Sequence record: SRR20825006_492
DNA length: 64,000 nt
Direction: 5' to 3' (one strand)
In this document: in pieces, positions 9,444 to 17,651 of the stretch
How the letters are laid out: every line of letters begins with the position of its first letter
How positions within the stretch are numbered: position 1 is the first letter of the stretch
Notes under the pieces: generated by a model
Databases searched by the model: none
Told to the model about the DNA's origin: nothing
The model's input: only the letters and a program-made list of their open reading frames with translations
Made by a program: the position numbers and the translations under genes

Positions 9444-12400
9444 ATGAGAACAAAAGTTACACAAACGATACGGATTGCTGTATGCTTTTTCTTGCTAGGA
9501 GTGTTAACACTTCATGTCGGAAATGCATCTAGTGCCAATGCACAGTTAATAACTTCCTTATCAAATAACCTACAAACTAAATATTATTCTGTTCAGTTAT
9601 ACTCCAACAGTATTCCTGAGCTTAAGAATGTTATTTCAGTTAGAAAGGATAACGCGCTTTTAGGGGAAGTTTTAAAAGACATTGCGCAAAAGTCGAGTTT
9701 AGGTATAGCCATAAACTCCGAAATTGAAATTCTTGACAAGAGAGTAACCGTTAATTTAATGGATATCTCTACTGGGGATGCACTTCAGTATGTTCTTTTG
9801 GGAACTGGTTATGAAGCTGCAATTTCAAAGACTCGCGAAATTTTATTGATTAAAAAAGCAGTTACGGAAAAGTCTGAAGCAAATGTAGAAAAAGTCTTAA
9901 CAGGTATCGTTAGAGATGCTGGTAACGACGAAACTATTCCTGCAGCTAACGTTTTTGTAAAAGGCACAAATATTGGTACTAGTACAGATATTAATGGAGA
10001 GTTCAAACTAACTGTTCCAGACGATGCTACTACGTTGGTATTTCGTTTTGTTGGTTACAAGAACCTAGAAGTGCCAATTGTAAATAACCAAACTTTCTAT
10101 GAAGTAAGTCTAGAGTCAGATTTAGTGTCTTTCGAAGACTTAGTTGTTGTTGGTTATGGTACTCAGCAACGAACTGAAGTAACTGGTGCGGTATCTTCAA
10201 TTAGAACTGAAGAAATCCAGAATGTGCCTGTTTCAAGTTTTGAAAATGCTTTACAAGGAAGAATGGCTGGTGTAAACGTTGCAGAATCTACAGGTGAGCC
10301 AGGAGCTTCTCCTCAAATTCTTATTCGTGGTACAGGCTCTATTTCAGCAGGTAATGACCCTTTATATGTAATTGATGGTGTTCCGATTTCTAAGAACACA
10401 AGTTTACAATCTAGTTTAGGAAGCCAACGTGAATCATTTCAGCCTCCTAAAGCAAATCCACTTTCTACCTTAAATCCAAACGATATTGAGTCTATCGAAG
10501 TTTTGAAAGATGCTTCTGCAGCGGCCATTTATGGTTCTCGTGGATCTAATGGTGTTATTTTGGTAACTACAAAGAAAGGTAAATCGGGTGCAGCTCGTGT
10601 TACTTTTAGTGGTTATGGTGGTGCATCTACGGTTTTTAATAAACCAGATATGATGAATTCTGAAGAATTGATTGCATACACAAAAAGTGCTCGTAATAAT
10701 AATTATTTGCAATCTGAAGATCCAACAAATCCAGCTAGCCCAGGATACAACGCAAGTTATAGCCCTGATAATAACAATGGTAGAGATGCCACGGCAGCGT
10801 CACCATCAGCGAACTATTTGATTCCAGAAACTATGGTAAATTGGGATGGTACCGATACTGATTGGTTAGATCTAATTTTTAGCTCAGCAACTATGCAGAA
10901 CTATGATCTTACAGTTTCAGGTGGTACAGAATCAACTCAGTACTTCCTATCTACAGGTTATTTGAATCAAGAAGGTGTTTTGGATGGTTCTGAATTTGAC
11001 CGTTATACAGTTAAGTTAAACTTAACTCGTAAAATTACCGATAGAGTTGAAATTGGAACTTCTATTAACACTGCACTTACTGAGCATAATCGTTTACCGG
11101 CAAATTCACCTTATTTTGGTTCACCTCCGGGCATTATTTACTCAGCAATGGTTACTTCACCAACTGTTAAGCCATATAATGCTGATGGTACTATTAACCA
11201 GTTAGACAATCAGTCTCATCTTGGTGGCGGTACTACATCTTCTAGTAACCCACTAGCTATAATGGAATTTATTGAAGAGGAGATTAATGAAAACCGAATC
11301 TTTGGTAATATGTATGGTAATATCGAAATTAACGAAAATCTTACATTTAAGAGTTTAGTTGGTTACGATTTAGATAACTATAAGCAATCGTTTTATAGAG
11401 GCACTCAGTTCCTTTATCGCGATCAAACTTCACCACAACCGTTTGCACAAAGTAGTGCAGGTAATAGCTTTAACTGGTTATGGGAAAACACTTTGAATTT
11501 CACAAAAACCTTTAACCTCGATCATTCTGTAAATGTTGTAGCTGGTTACTCTGCTCAAAAGCAAGCCGACGAACGTAGTGTAATTACTGCGACTGGTTTT
11601 ACTGATGATCAAGTTAAAACAGTGAATGGTGGTATTATTTCTAGTGGTAATCAGATAAAAGAGGAATGGAGTATAGTTTCTGCTTTAGCTAGACTAAACT
11701 ATGCATATAAAGGAAAGTACTTATTTACAGGTACTGTTCGTTCTGATCGCTCTTCACGCTTTGGTGCAGATGTTCAAACAGGGGTATTCCCTTCGTTCTC
11801 TCTAGGTTGGAGACTAAGTGAAGAATCATTTATGCCTGCTAAAGACGCCATTAATGAGCTTAAACTTCGCGGTAGTTATGGTGTGACGGGTAACTTCGAG
11901 ATTCCTAATTATGGATCTATTGGTTTACTTGGAACGGCAAACTATCCGTTTGGTGGTTCAGAAGAGATTGGTGTAGGTCCAGCTACGTTAGGTAACCAAG
12001 AGTTAACTTGGGAAACTACTTACCAATTTGATTTTGGTATTGATTATGCAATGTTCAATGACCGTATTTATGGATCATTCGATTATTACACAACAACTAC
12101 TAAAGATTTATTATTGTTCGTAAACGTTCCAGCATCTACTGGCTTTGAAACAGCGTTAACAAACATTGGTGAAGTTGAAAATGTTGGACTTGAGTTCTCT
12201 ATCACTACCAGAAACATGGTTGGTGAATTCCAATGGGCAACTGATTTCAACATCGCTCAGAACAAAAATAAAGTTACTAAGCTTGGACCAGAAGGTGATC
12301 CCATCTTAAGTGCTGGTGCTGCTGGAAGTCGTCACATTACAATGATTGGCGAAGAAATTGGTAGCTATTATGGGTATGTGTTTGATGGTATTTATCAAAA

Positions 12401-13040
12401 CCAAGCAGAAATAAATGCTGCTCCTACCGATTTGTTAGCTCCAGATGCTCAACCAGGTGATATCAGATTTAAAGATGTTAATGGTGATGGCTTTATTACT
12501 ACAGATGACCGTACCGTTATAGGTAGTTACCATCCAGACTTCACTTATGGTATTACTAACCGTTTTAACTACAAAAACTTTGATATGAGCGTATTCATTC
12601 AAGGTGTTGAAGGCCGTGAAGTAATGAACTTAACTGCTCGTCACATGTTAAATGGTGAAGCTAACTTCAACTCATATGCACAACTAAACGACCGTTGGAT
12701 TTCTGAATCACAGCCAGGAAACGGAAAAGATCCACGTGCAGATCGTAACACTGGAGCTCACGGTAATAATAACCGCGAATCTTCTTATCAGGTTCAAGAT
12801 GGTAGTTACCTGAAAATTAAAAATGTTACTCTTGGTTACACTTTACCACAAGACAAAGTTGGTAAGTATGTAAGCCGTGCTCGTATCTATGTATCTGCTA
12901 CTAACTTAGCAATGTTTACTGATTACATCGGGTTTAACCCAGAAGTTAGTTTGCAAACAAATAGCTTAACCCCTGGGGAAGATTACGGTGCTTATCCGTT
13001 ATCTAGAACTATCCAGGCTGGTATAGACATAGCATTTTAA
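9444..13040 (+). CDS. SusC/RagA TonB-dependent transporter with N-terminal signalling extension
   Basis: VVVGYGTQ, PLYVIDGVP, LNPNDIESIEVLKDASAAAIYGSRGSNGVILVTTKKG, LTWETT; C-terminal Phe; long N-terminal STN-like region. Confidence 0.96.
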   Translation: MRTKVTQTIRIAVCFFLLGVLTLHVGNASSANAQLITSLSNNLQTKYYSVQLYSNSIPELKNVISVRKDNALLGEVLKDIAQKSSLGIAINSEIEILDKRVTVNLMDISTGDALQYVLLGTGYEAAISKTREILLIKKAVTEKSEANVEKVLTGIVRDAGNDETIPAANVFVKGTNIGTSTDINGEFKLTVPDDATTLVFRFVGYKNLEVPIVNNQTFYEVSLESDLVSFEDLVVVGYGTQQRTEVTGAVSSIRTEEIQNVPVSSFENALQGRMAGVNVAESTGEPGASPQILIRGTGSISAGNDPLYVIDGVPISKNTSLQSSLGSQRESFQPPKANPLSTLNPNDIESIEVLKDASAAAIYGSRGSNGVILVTTKKGKSGAARVTFSGYGGASTVFNKPDMMNSEELIAYTKSARNNNYLQSEDPTNPASPGYNASYSPDNNNGRDATAASPSANYLIPETMVNWDGTDTDWLDLIFSSATMQNYDLTVSGGTESTQYFLSTGYLNQEGVLDGSEFDRYTVKLNLTRKITDRVEIGTSINTALTEHNRLPANSPYFGSPPGIIYSAMVTSPTVKPYNADGTINQLDNQSHLGGGTTSSSNPLAIMEFIEEEINENRIFGNMYGNIEINENLTFKSLVGYDLDNYKQSFYRGTQFLYRDQTSPQPFAQSSAGNSFNWLWENTLNFTKTFNLDHSVNVVAGYSAQKQADERSVITATGFTDDQVKTVNGGIISSGNQIKEEWSIVSALARLNYAYKGKYLFTGTVRSDRSSRFGADVQTGVFPSFSLGWRLSEESFMPAKDAINELKLRGSYGVTGNFEIPNYGSIGLLGTANYPFGGSEEIGVGPATLGNQELTWETTYQFDFGIDYAMFNDRIYGSFDYYTTTTKDLLLFVNVPASTGFETALTNIGEVENVGLEFSITTRNMVGEFQWATDFNIAQNKNKVTKLGPEGDPILSAGAAGSRHITMIGEEIGSYYGYVFDGIYQNQAEINAAPTDLLAPDAQPGDIRFKDVNGDGFITTDDRTVIGSYHPDFTYGITNRFNYKNFDMSVFIQGVEGREVMNLTARHMLNGEANFNSYAQLNDRWISESQPGNGKDPRADRNTGAHGNNNRESSYQVQDGSYLKIKNVTLGYTLPQDKVGKYVSRARIYVSATNLAMFTDYIGFNPEVSLQTNSLTPGEDYGAYPLSRTIQAGIDIAF

Positions 13041-13066
13041 TGAGAATATTTAAAAAGGATAAGATT

Positions 13067-14461
13067 ATGAAAAAACGACTGTTAATATTACTTATTCCCA
13101 TGCTAGTTTTATCTTGCGGGGAAGACTTTACGTTATTGAGTCCCATTTCTGAAAGAAATGTGGGGAGCTTTTATAAAACACAAACAGATTTAGAAGTTGC
13201 AATTACAGGTGCTTACGGTGCTTTGCAGTCTAATGGTAATTTCGGCGTAAATTACATTCTGTTTATGGAAATGAGAGCTGACAACGCTGATAACGGCGGT
13301 GGCGATACAGGGCTTGCAGCAACGCTAGCTCAAATAAATAAATTCCAGGAAATTGCCACTGCAAGTGAGCTGAAAAGCACGTGGGCTGCATCCTATAAAG
13401 GAATTGCATGGTGTAATACCATACTTGCTAAAATTGATGGAGTCGACTTTACTGACGATGTAGTAAAAGATAAGATTAAAGGGGAAGCTCTTTTTATCCG
13501 TTCATTACTTTATTATCACTTAGCTGTGATCTTTGGAAACGTTCCAGAGCAGTTTGAAGAAGTTACAACTCCTGATATAACGATCAATCAGGTTGGTGCA
13601 AGTGCTATATTTGCAAGAATTGCAACTGATTTAGAAACGGCTGAAGGTTTACTTCCACTTACTACTAATAACGGTAGAGTAACAAGCGGCGCAGCTGCAG
13701 CATTGCTTGGTAGAGTATACTTACAAGCAGGAAATAAAGCTGCCGCAGTAGCACCTCTTCAAAGAGTAGTAAATTCTGCAGCTGGTTACGACTTAGTTGA
13801 TGACTATGCTAATATTTGGGGCGTTGCAAATGAGCTTAACAAAGAATCAATCTTTGAAGTTCAATTTGAAGCAGGCACAAGCGAAGGTAGTTCTTACACT
13901 GAGATGTTTACTCCTAACGGCTTAGGCGGTGGAGTAGGTGGCGGTGTTAAACCACAGATCGAGACTGCTGATGTACTAGCAACTTTCGAAACTGGTGATG
14001 AGCGATTTGCTGGCACTTTTACGCAAGTAGTAGATACCACTACTAATGATACTACTTACTACGTAGGTAAGTATGATAGTGCGCCAACAGTAGCCTTTGA
14101 TGGTGATAACAACTGGATTGAAATTCGTTATGCTGAAGTTCTTTTAAATTTAGCTGAAGCATTAGGTGAAGGCGTTCCTGCTTATAACTTAATCAATGAA
14201 GTTAGAGACAGAGCTGGTTTATTACCTATCAGTGCAGTTACTCCTGGTACTTTTGATGAAAAACTTCTGCACGAACGCCGTGTTGAGTTTGCATTTGAAA
14301 ATAAGCGCTGGCCTGACTTATTACGATTTGGCGTTGCTAAATCAGTAATGGCAGCTCATCGAGGAATTCCTGAGTCTCAAGTGAAGCTATTGCTTCCAAT
14401 CCCACAGAGTGCAATTGATGTTGCTCCTGATGAGATGACTCAGAATTCTGAACATAACTAA
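13067..14461 (+). CDS. SusD/RagB surface glycan-binding lipoprotein
   Basis: Lipobox LVLSC after MKKR (start 13067; ORF track 13040); GEALFIRSLLYY, IRYAEVLLNLAEA, ERRVEFAFENKRWPDLLR, LLPIPQ. Confidence 0.94.
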   Translation: MKKRLLILLIPMLVLSCGEDFTLLSPISERNVGSFYKTQTDLEVAITGAYGALQSNGNFGVNYILFMEMRADNADNGGGDTGLAATLAQINKFQEIATASELKSTWAASYKGIAWCNTILAKIDGVDFTDDVVKDKIKGEALFIRSLLYYHLAVIFGNVPEQFEEVTTPDITINQVGASAIFARIATDLETAEGLLPLTTNNGRVTSGAAAALLGRVYLQAGNKAAAVAPLQRVVNSAAGYDLVDDYANIWGVANELNKESIFEVQFEAGTSEGSSYTEMFTPNGLGGGVGGGVKPQIETADVLATFETGDERFAGTFTQVVDTTTNDTTYYVGKYDSAPTVAFDGDNNWIEIRYAEVLLNLAEALGEGVPAYNLINEVRDRAGLLPISAVTPGTFDEKLLHERRVEFAFENKRWPDLLRFGVAKSVMAAHRGIPESQVKLLLPIPQSAIDVAPDEMTQNSEHN

Positions 14462-14480
14462 TTAAATAGTAGTAGCTCTT

Positions 14481-14516
14481 ACTGGGCTAGCCAGACGGTT
14501 AGCCCAGTTATTTTTT
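14481..14516 (+). terminator. Hairpin/terminator after susD
   Basis: ACTGGGCTAGCC-AGAC-GGTTAGCCCAGT followed by TATTTTTT. Confidence 0.7.
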
Positions 14517-14535
14517 AATAATTAATTTTAAGTAA

Positions 14536-15441
14536 ATGAAAAAAAATTCGATTGTCCTTTTTATGATTTTGTGTTTTTCAACAGTTTCTCTGTTCGCACA
14601 AACAAATACAGCTAAAGACGATAGGATAAGAGTAATAGCTATTTTTGCTCACCCAGATGATGGTGACGCTAAAATGGGCGGAACAGCAGCATTATTAGCC
14701 GAATTAGGCTATGCAGTAAAGTTTGTTGCTATCACAAATGGTGATGCTGGCCACCAAACTGAAGGCGGTGGAGCATTAGCAAAGAGAAGACGTGCAGAAG
14801 CTCAAGAATCAGCACGAAGATTAGGAATTGATGAATACAAAGTATTAGATAACCACGACGGTGAACTTCTTCCAGAATTGCATGTTCGCCAACAAGTTAT
14901 ACGAGAAATTAGAAACTGGAATGCTGATATCGTGCTTGGTTTGAGACCAAACGATTACCACCCTGACCACAGATATGCAGGCGTACTAGTACAAGATGCA
15001 GCTTATTTAGTTGTAGTCCCAAATGTAACACCAGATACTCCTCCTTTAACAAAAAACCCAGTATTCCTTTATATGGAAGATGGTTTTCAAAAGCCAAATC
15101 CATTTAGCCCAGACATTGTTGTGGGTATTGATAAAGTTATAGATAAGAAAATTGATGGTTTAGATGCTCATGAATCACAGATGTATGAGTGGTTACCATG
15201 GGTAAGTGGAAGATTAGACCAAGTACCAAAAGACAAAAAGCTTAGAAAAGAAATGGTGAAAAGAGGCTACGTAGAAAGAGGTTCTCTATCAGCAGAAAAG
15301 AAAAAAGCTTTAGAAAAATGGTATGGCAAAGCTGAAGGCTCCAAATTTAAGTATGCTGAATCTTTCGAGATTTGTGAGTACGGAAAGCAGCCTACAGAAG
15401 CAGAAATACGTGAGTTATTTCCAATGTTCCAAAAGAAGTAA
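14536..15441 (+). CDS. Exported PIG-L/LmbE family deacetylase
   Basis: FAHPDD, RRRAEA, DYHPDHR, AHESQ motifs; signal peptide ending SLFA. Confidence 0.9.
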   Translation: MKKNSIVLFMILCFSTVSLFAQTNTAKDDRIRVIAIFAHPDDGDAKMGGTAALLAELGYAVKFVAITNGDAGHQTEGGGALAKRRRAEAQESARRLGIDEYKVLDNHDGELLPELHVRQQVIREIRNWNADIVLGLRPNDYHPDHRYAGVLVQDAAYLVVVPNVTPDTPPLTKNPVFLYMEDGFQKPNPFSPDIVVGIDKVIDKKIDGLDAHESQMYEWLPWVSGRLDQVPKDKKLRKEMVKRGYVERGSLSAEKKKALEKWYGKAEGSKFKYAESFEICEYGKQPTEAEIRELFPMFQKK

Positions 15442-15489
15442 TCGTTTACTTCAATAAAAAATTTAAATAAACACTACCAAATAAATACT

Positions 15490-16740
15490 ATGAAACGTAA
15501 TCATTATCTAGTAGGTCTAATTGTTTTAACTTTTTTCGTAATCTCTTTTTTAACCAATATAATTGGGCCTTTGGTGCCGCAGATTATTGAAGATTTCGAT
15601 CTTAGCTTAACCCTAGTAGCAATACTACCGTTTGCATTCTTTATAGCTTATGGTGTGATGTCTATCCCCGCAGGGATGATGATAGAGCGCTTTGCTGAAA
15701 AAACTGTGATGATGATTGCTTTCTTAGTAGCATTCTCAGGTGCGTTACTTTTTGCATTGTTCCCTCAGTACTTAGTTGCGGTAGTTTCTTTGTTCCTAAT
15801 TGGATCAGGAATGGCTATGCTTCAAGTAGCCATTAACCCTCTTCTTAGAGTTTCTGGTGGAGAGGAGAATTTTGCTTTTAATTCTGTAATGGCTCAATTC
15901 TTTTTCGGATTAGCTTCGTTTATAAGCCCTTTAGTATACTCATACTTGGTACTTAATATTGGTAGTAATGATATGGGCTTTTTCCTATCAACTCTTACAA
16001 ATTTAGTTCCGGCAGAGCTTCCTTGGGTTTCTTTATACTGGTTATTTGCTATGGTTTCTCTAATAATGGTAGTGATTATTGGGGTTTCCAAATTTCCAAA
16101 AGTTGAAAAGAATGAAGATGAGAAAGTGGGTGCTTTAGAAACACACATGGAATTATTGAAGAACAAAAAAGTACTTCTTTTCTTCCTAGGTATATTCGCT
16201 TATGTAGGCGCAGAACAAGGTGTGGCTAATTGGATTTCAGAATTTTTATCATCATATCACGGATATGACCCTCAAACTGTAGGTGCTTCTACCGTTTCAT
16301 GGTTCTGGGGAATGATGACCGCTGGTACTTTCCTCGGCTTATTCCTACTTAAAGTTATGGACAGCAAGAAAATATTAGTACTGTTCACATCTATAGCTTT
16401 AGTGTGTTTAGCTCTAGCTTTATTTGGGCCAGGATCACTTGCTTTATATGCATTTCCAGCCATCGGATTTTTTATAGCAGTTATGTGGCCAATCGTCTTT
16501 TCATTAGCACTAAATTCAATTGAAGAACATCATGGCACCTTTTCTGGAATATTAGTTACTGGTATAGCAGGTGGTGCTATAGTTCCTCTAATTGTAGGTT
16601 CATTGGGCGATATATTTGGCTTGCGTATTGGGATGCTGTTTCTGTTTATCGCATTCGGGTACATATTAAGCATTGGATTTTGGGCAAAGCCACTAATCAG
16701 TAATAAGACTATTGATTTCGGAGCTAAGGATAAATCCTAA
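15490..16740 (+). CDS. Sugar MFS transporter (FucP/GluP/NagP-like)
   Basis: FAFFIAYGVMSIPAG, LQVAINP, YVGAEQG, MWPIVFSLAL, GGAIVPL; about 12 TM helices. Confidence 0.88.
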   Translation: MKRNHYLVGLIVLTFFVISFLTNIIGPLVPQIIEDFDLSLTLVAILPFAFFIAYGVMSIPAGMMIERFAEKTVMMIAFLVAFSGALLFALFPQYLVAVVSLFLIGSGMAMLQVAINPLLRVSGGEENFAFNSVMAQFFFGLASFISPLVYSYLVLNIGSNDMGFFLSTLTNLVPAELPWVSLYWLFAMVSLIMVVIIGVSKFPKVEKNEDEKVGALETHMELLKNKKVLLFFLGIFAYVGAEQGVANWISEFLSSYHGYDPQTVGASTVSWFWGMMTAGTFLGLFLLKVMDSKKILVLFTSIALVCLALALFGPGSLALYAFPAIGFFIAVMWPIVFSLALNSIEEHHGTFSGILVTGIAGGAIVPLIVGSLGDIFGLRIGMLFLFIAFGYILSIGFWAKPLISNKTIDFGAKDKS

Positions 16741-16778
16741 TTACACGTAGAAAAAAAGACGTTTTAAAAGAGATAAAA

Positions 16779-17639
16779 TTGGATACTAAAAGTCTTATAG
16801 GGATAGACTTAGGGGCAACCAATGTTCGTGTTGCCAGAGTTATCAACCAAGAAATAGAAGCAATTTCTTCACAGCCGATAGTCCAAGCCGAGAATTATAA
16901 CGAGCTTATTGATCAAATTGTCAGCTTAATAGAAGAACAAATCTCTCCAGAGATTTCAGCCATAGGAATAGGCGTTCCAAGTGTTGTAGATGTAGAAAAA
17001 GGGATTGTATATGATGTGCAAAATATCCCTTCTTGGAAAGCGGTTCCTTTAAAAGACATTTTAGAGGAAAAATTTAATAAGCCCGTTTTTATAAACAACG
17101 ATGCTAATTGCTTTGTTCTTGGTGAGAAATATTTTGGAAAAGCTCAAGCTTATTCATCTGTAGTAGGTTTAATTTTAGGAACAGGCTTTGGCTCAGGTTT
17201 AATCATAAATGGGCGCCTTTTCTCTGGTGCAAATTGTGGAGCTGGCGAAGTAGGAATGCTTCCATATAAAGATTCCATTTTTGAACATTATTGCTGTGGC
17301 CAATTCTTCGATATCCACAAAAATAATAGTGGTGTTGAGACTTATAAAAATGCCTTATTAGGCAATCCTGAAGCACTTCAAGACTATATCGAATTTGGAA
17401 CACATGTTGGCAATGCCATAAAAGCTGTTGTCTATGCTTACGATCCCGAATTCATTGTATTAGGTGGTAGCGCAAGTAAAGCTTTTCCATTTTTTGAAAA
17501 AAGTATGCTCGAAGCTATGGCAGACTTTGCATATCCAAAGTCATTAGAAAAATTAATAATAAGTGTCTCAGAGTTAGATCAGGTAGCCGTTTTGGGTGCG
17601 GCAGCTCTCGCTCTCGACCAACAAATCCCAACCAAATAG
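16779..17639 (+). CDS. ROK-family sugar kinase
   Basis: GIDLGAT, NNDANC, LGTGFGSG, GAGEVG motifs; no N-terminal HTH. Confidence 0.9.
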   Translation: MDTKSLIGIDLGATNVRVARVINQEIEAISSQPIVQAENYNELIDQIVSLIEEQISPEISAIGIGVPSVVDVEKGIVYDVQNIPSWKAVPLKDILEEKFNKPVFINNDANCFVLGEKYFGKAQAYSSVVGLILGTGFGSGLIINGRLFSGANCGAGEVGMLPYKDSIFEHYCCGQFFDIHKNNSGVETYKNALLGNPEALQDYIEFGTHVGNAIKAVVYAYDPEFIVLGGSASKAFPFFEKSMLEAMADFAYPKSLEKLIISVSELDQVAVLGAAALALDQQIPTK

Positions 17640-17651
17640 GAAATAAATGTT

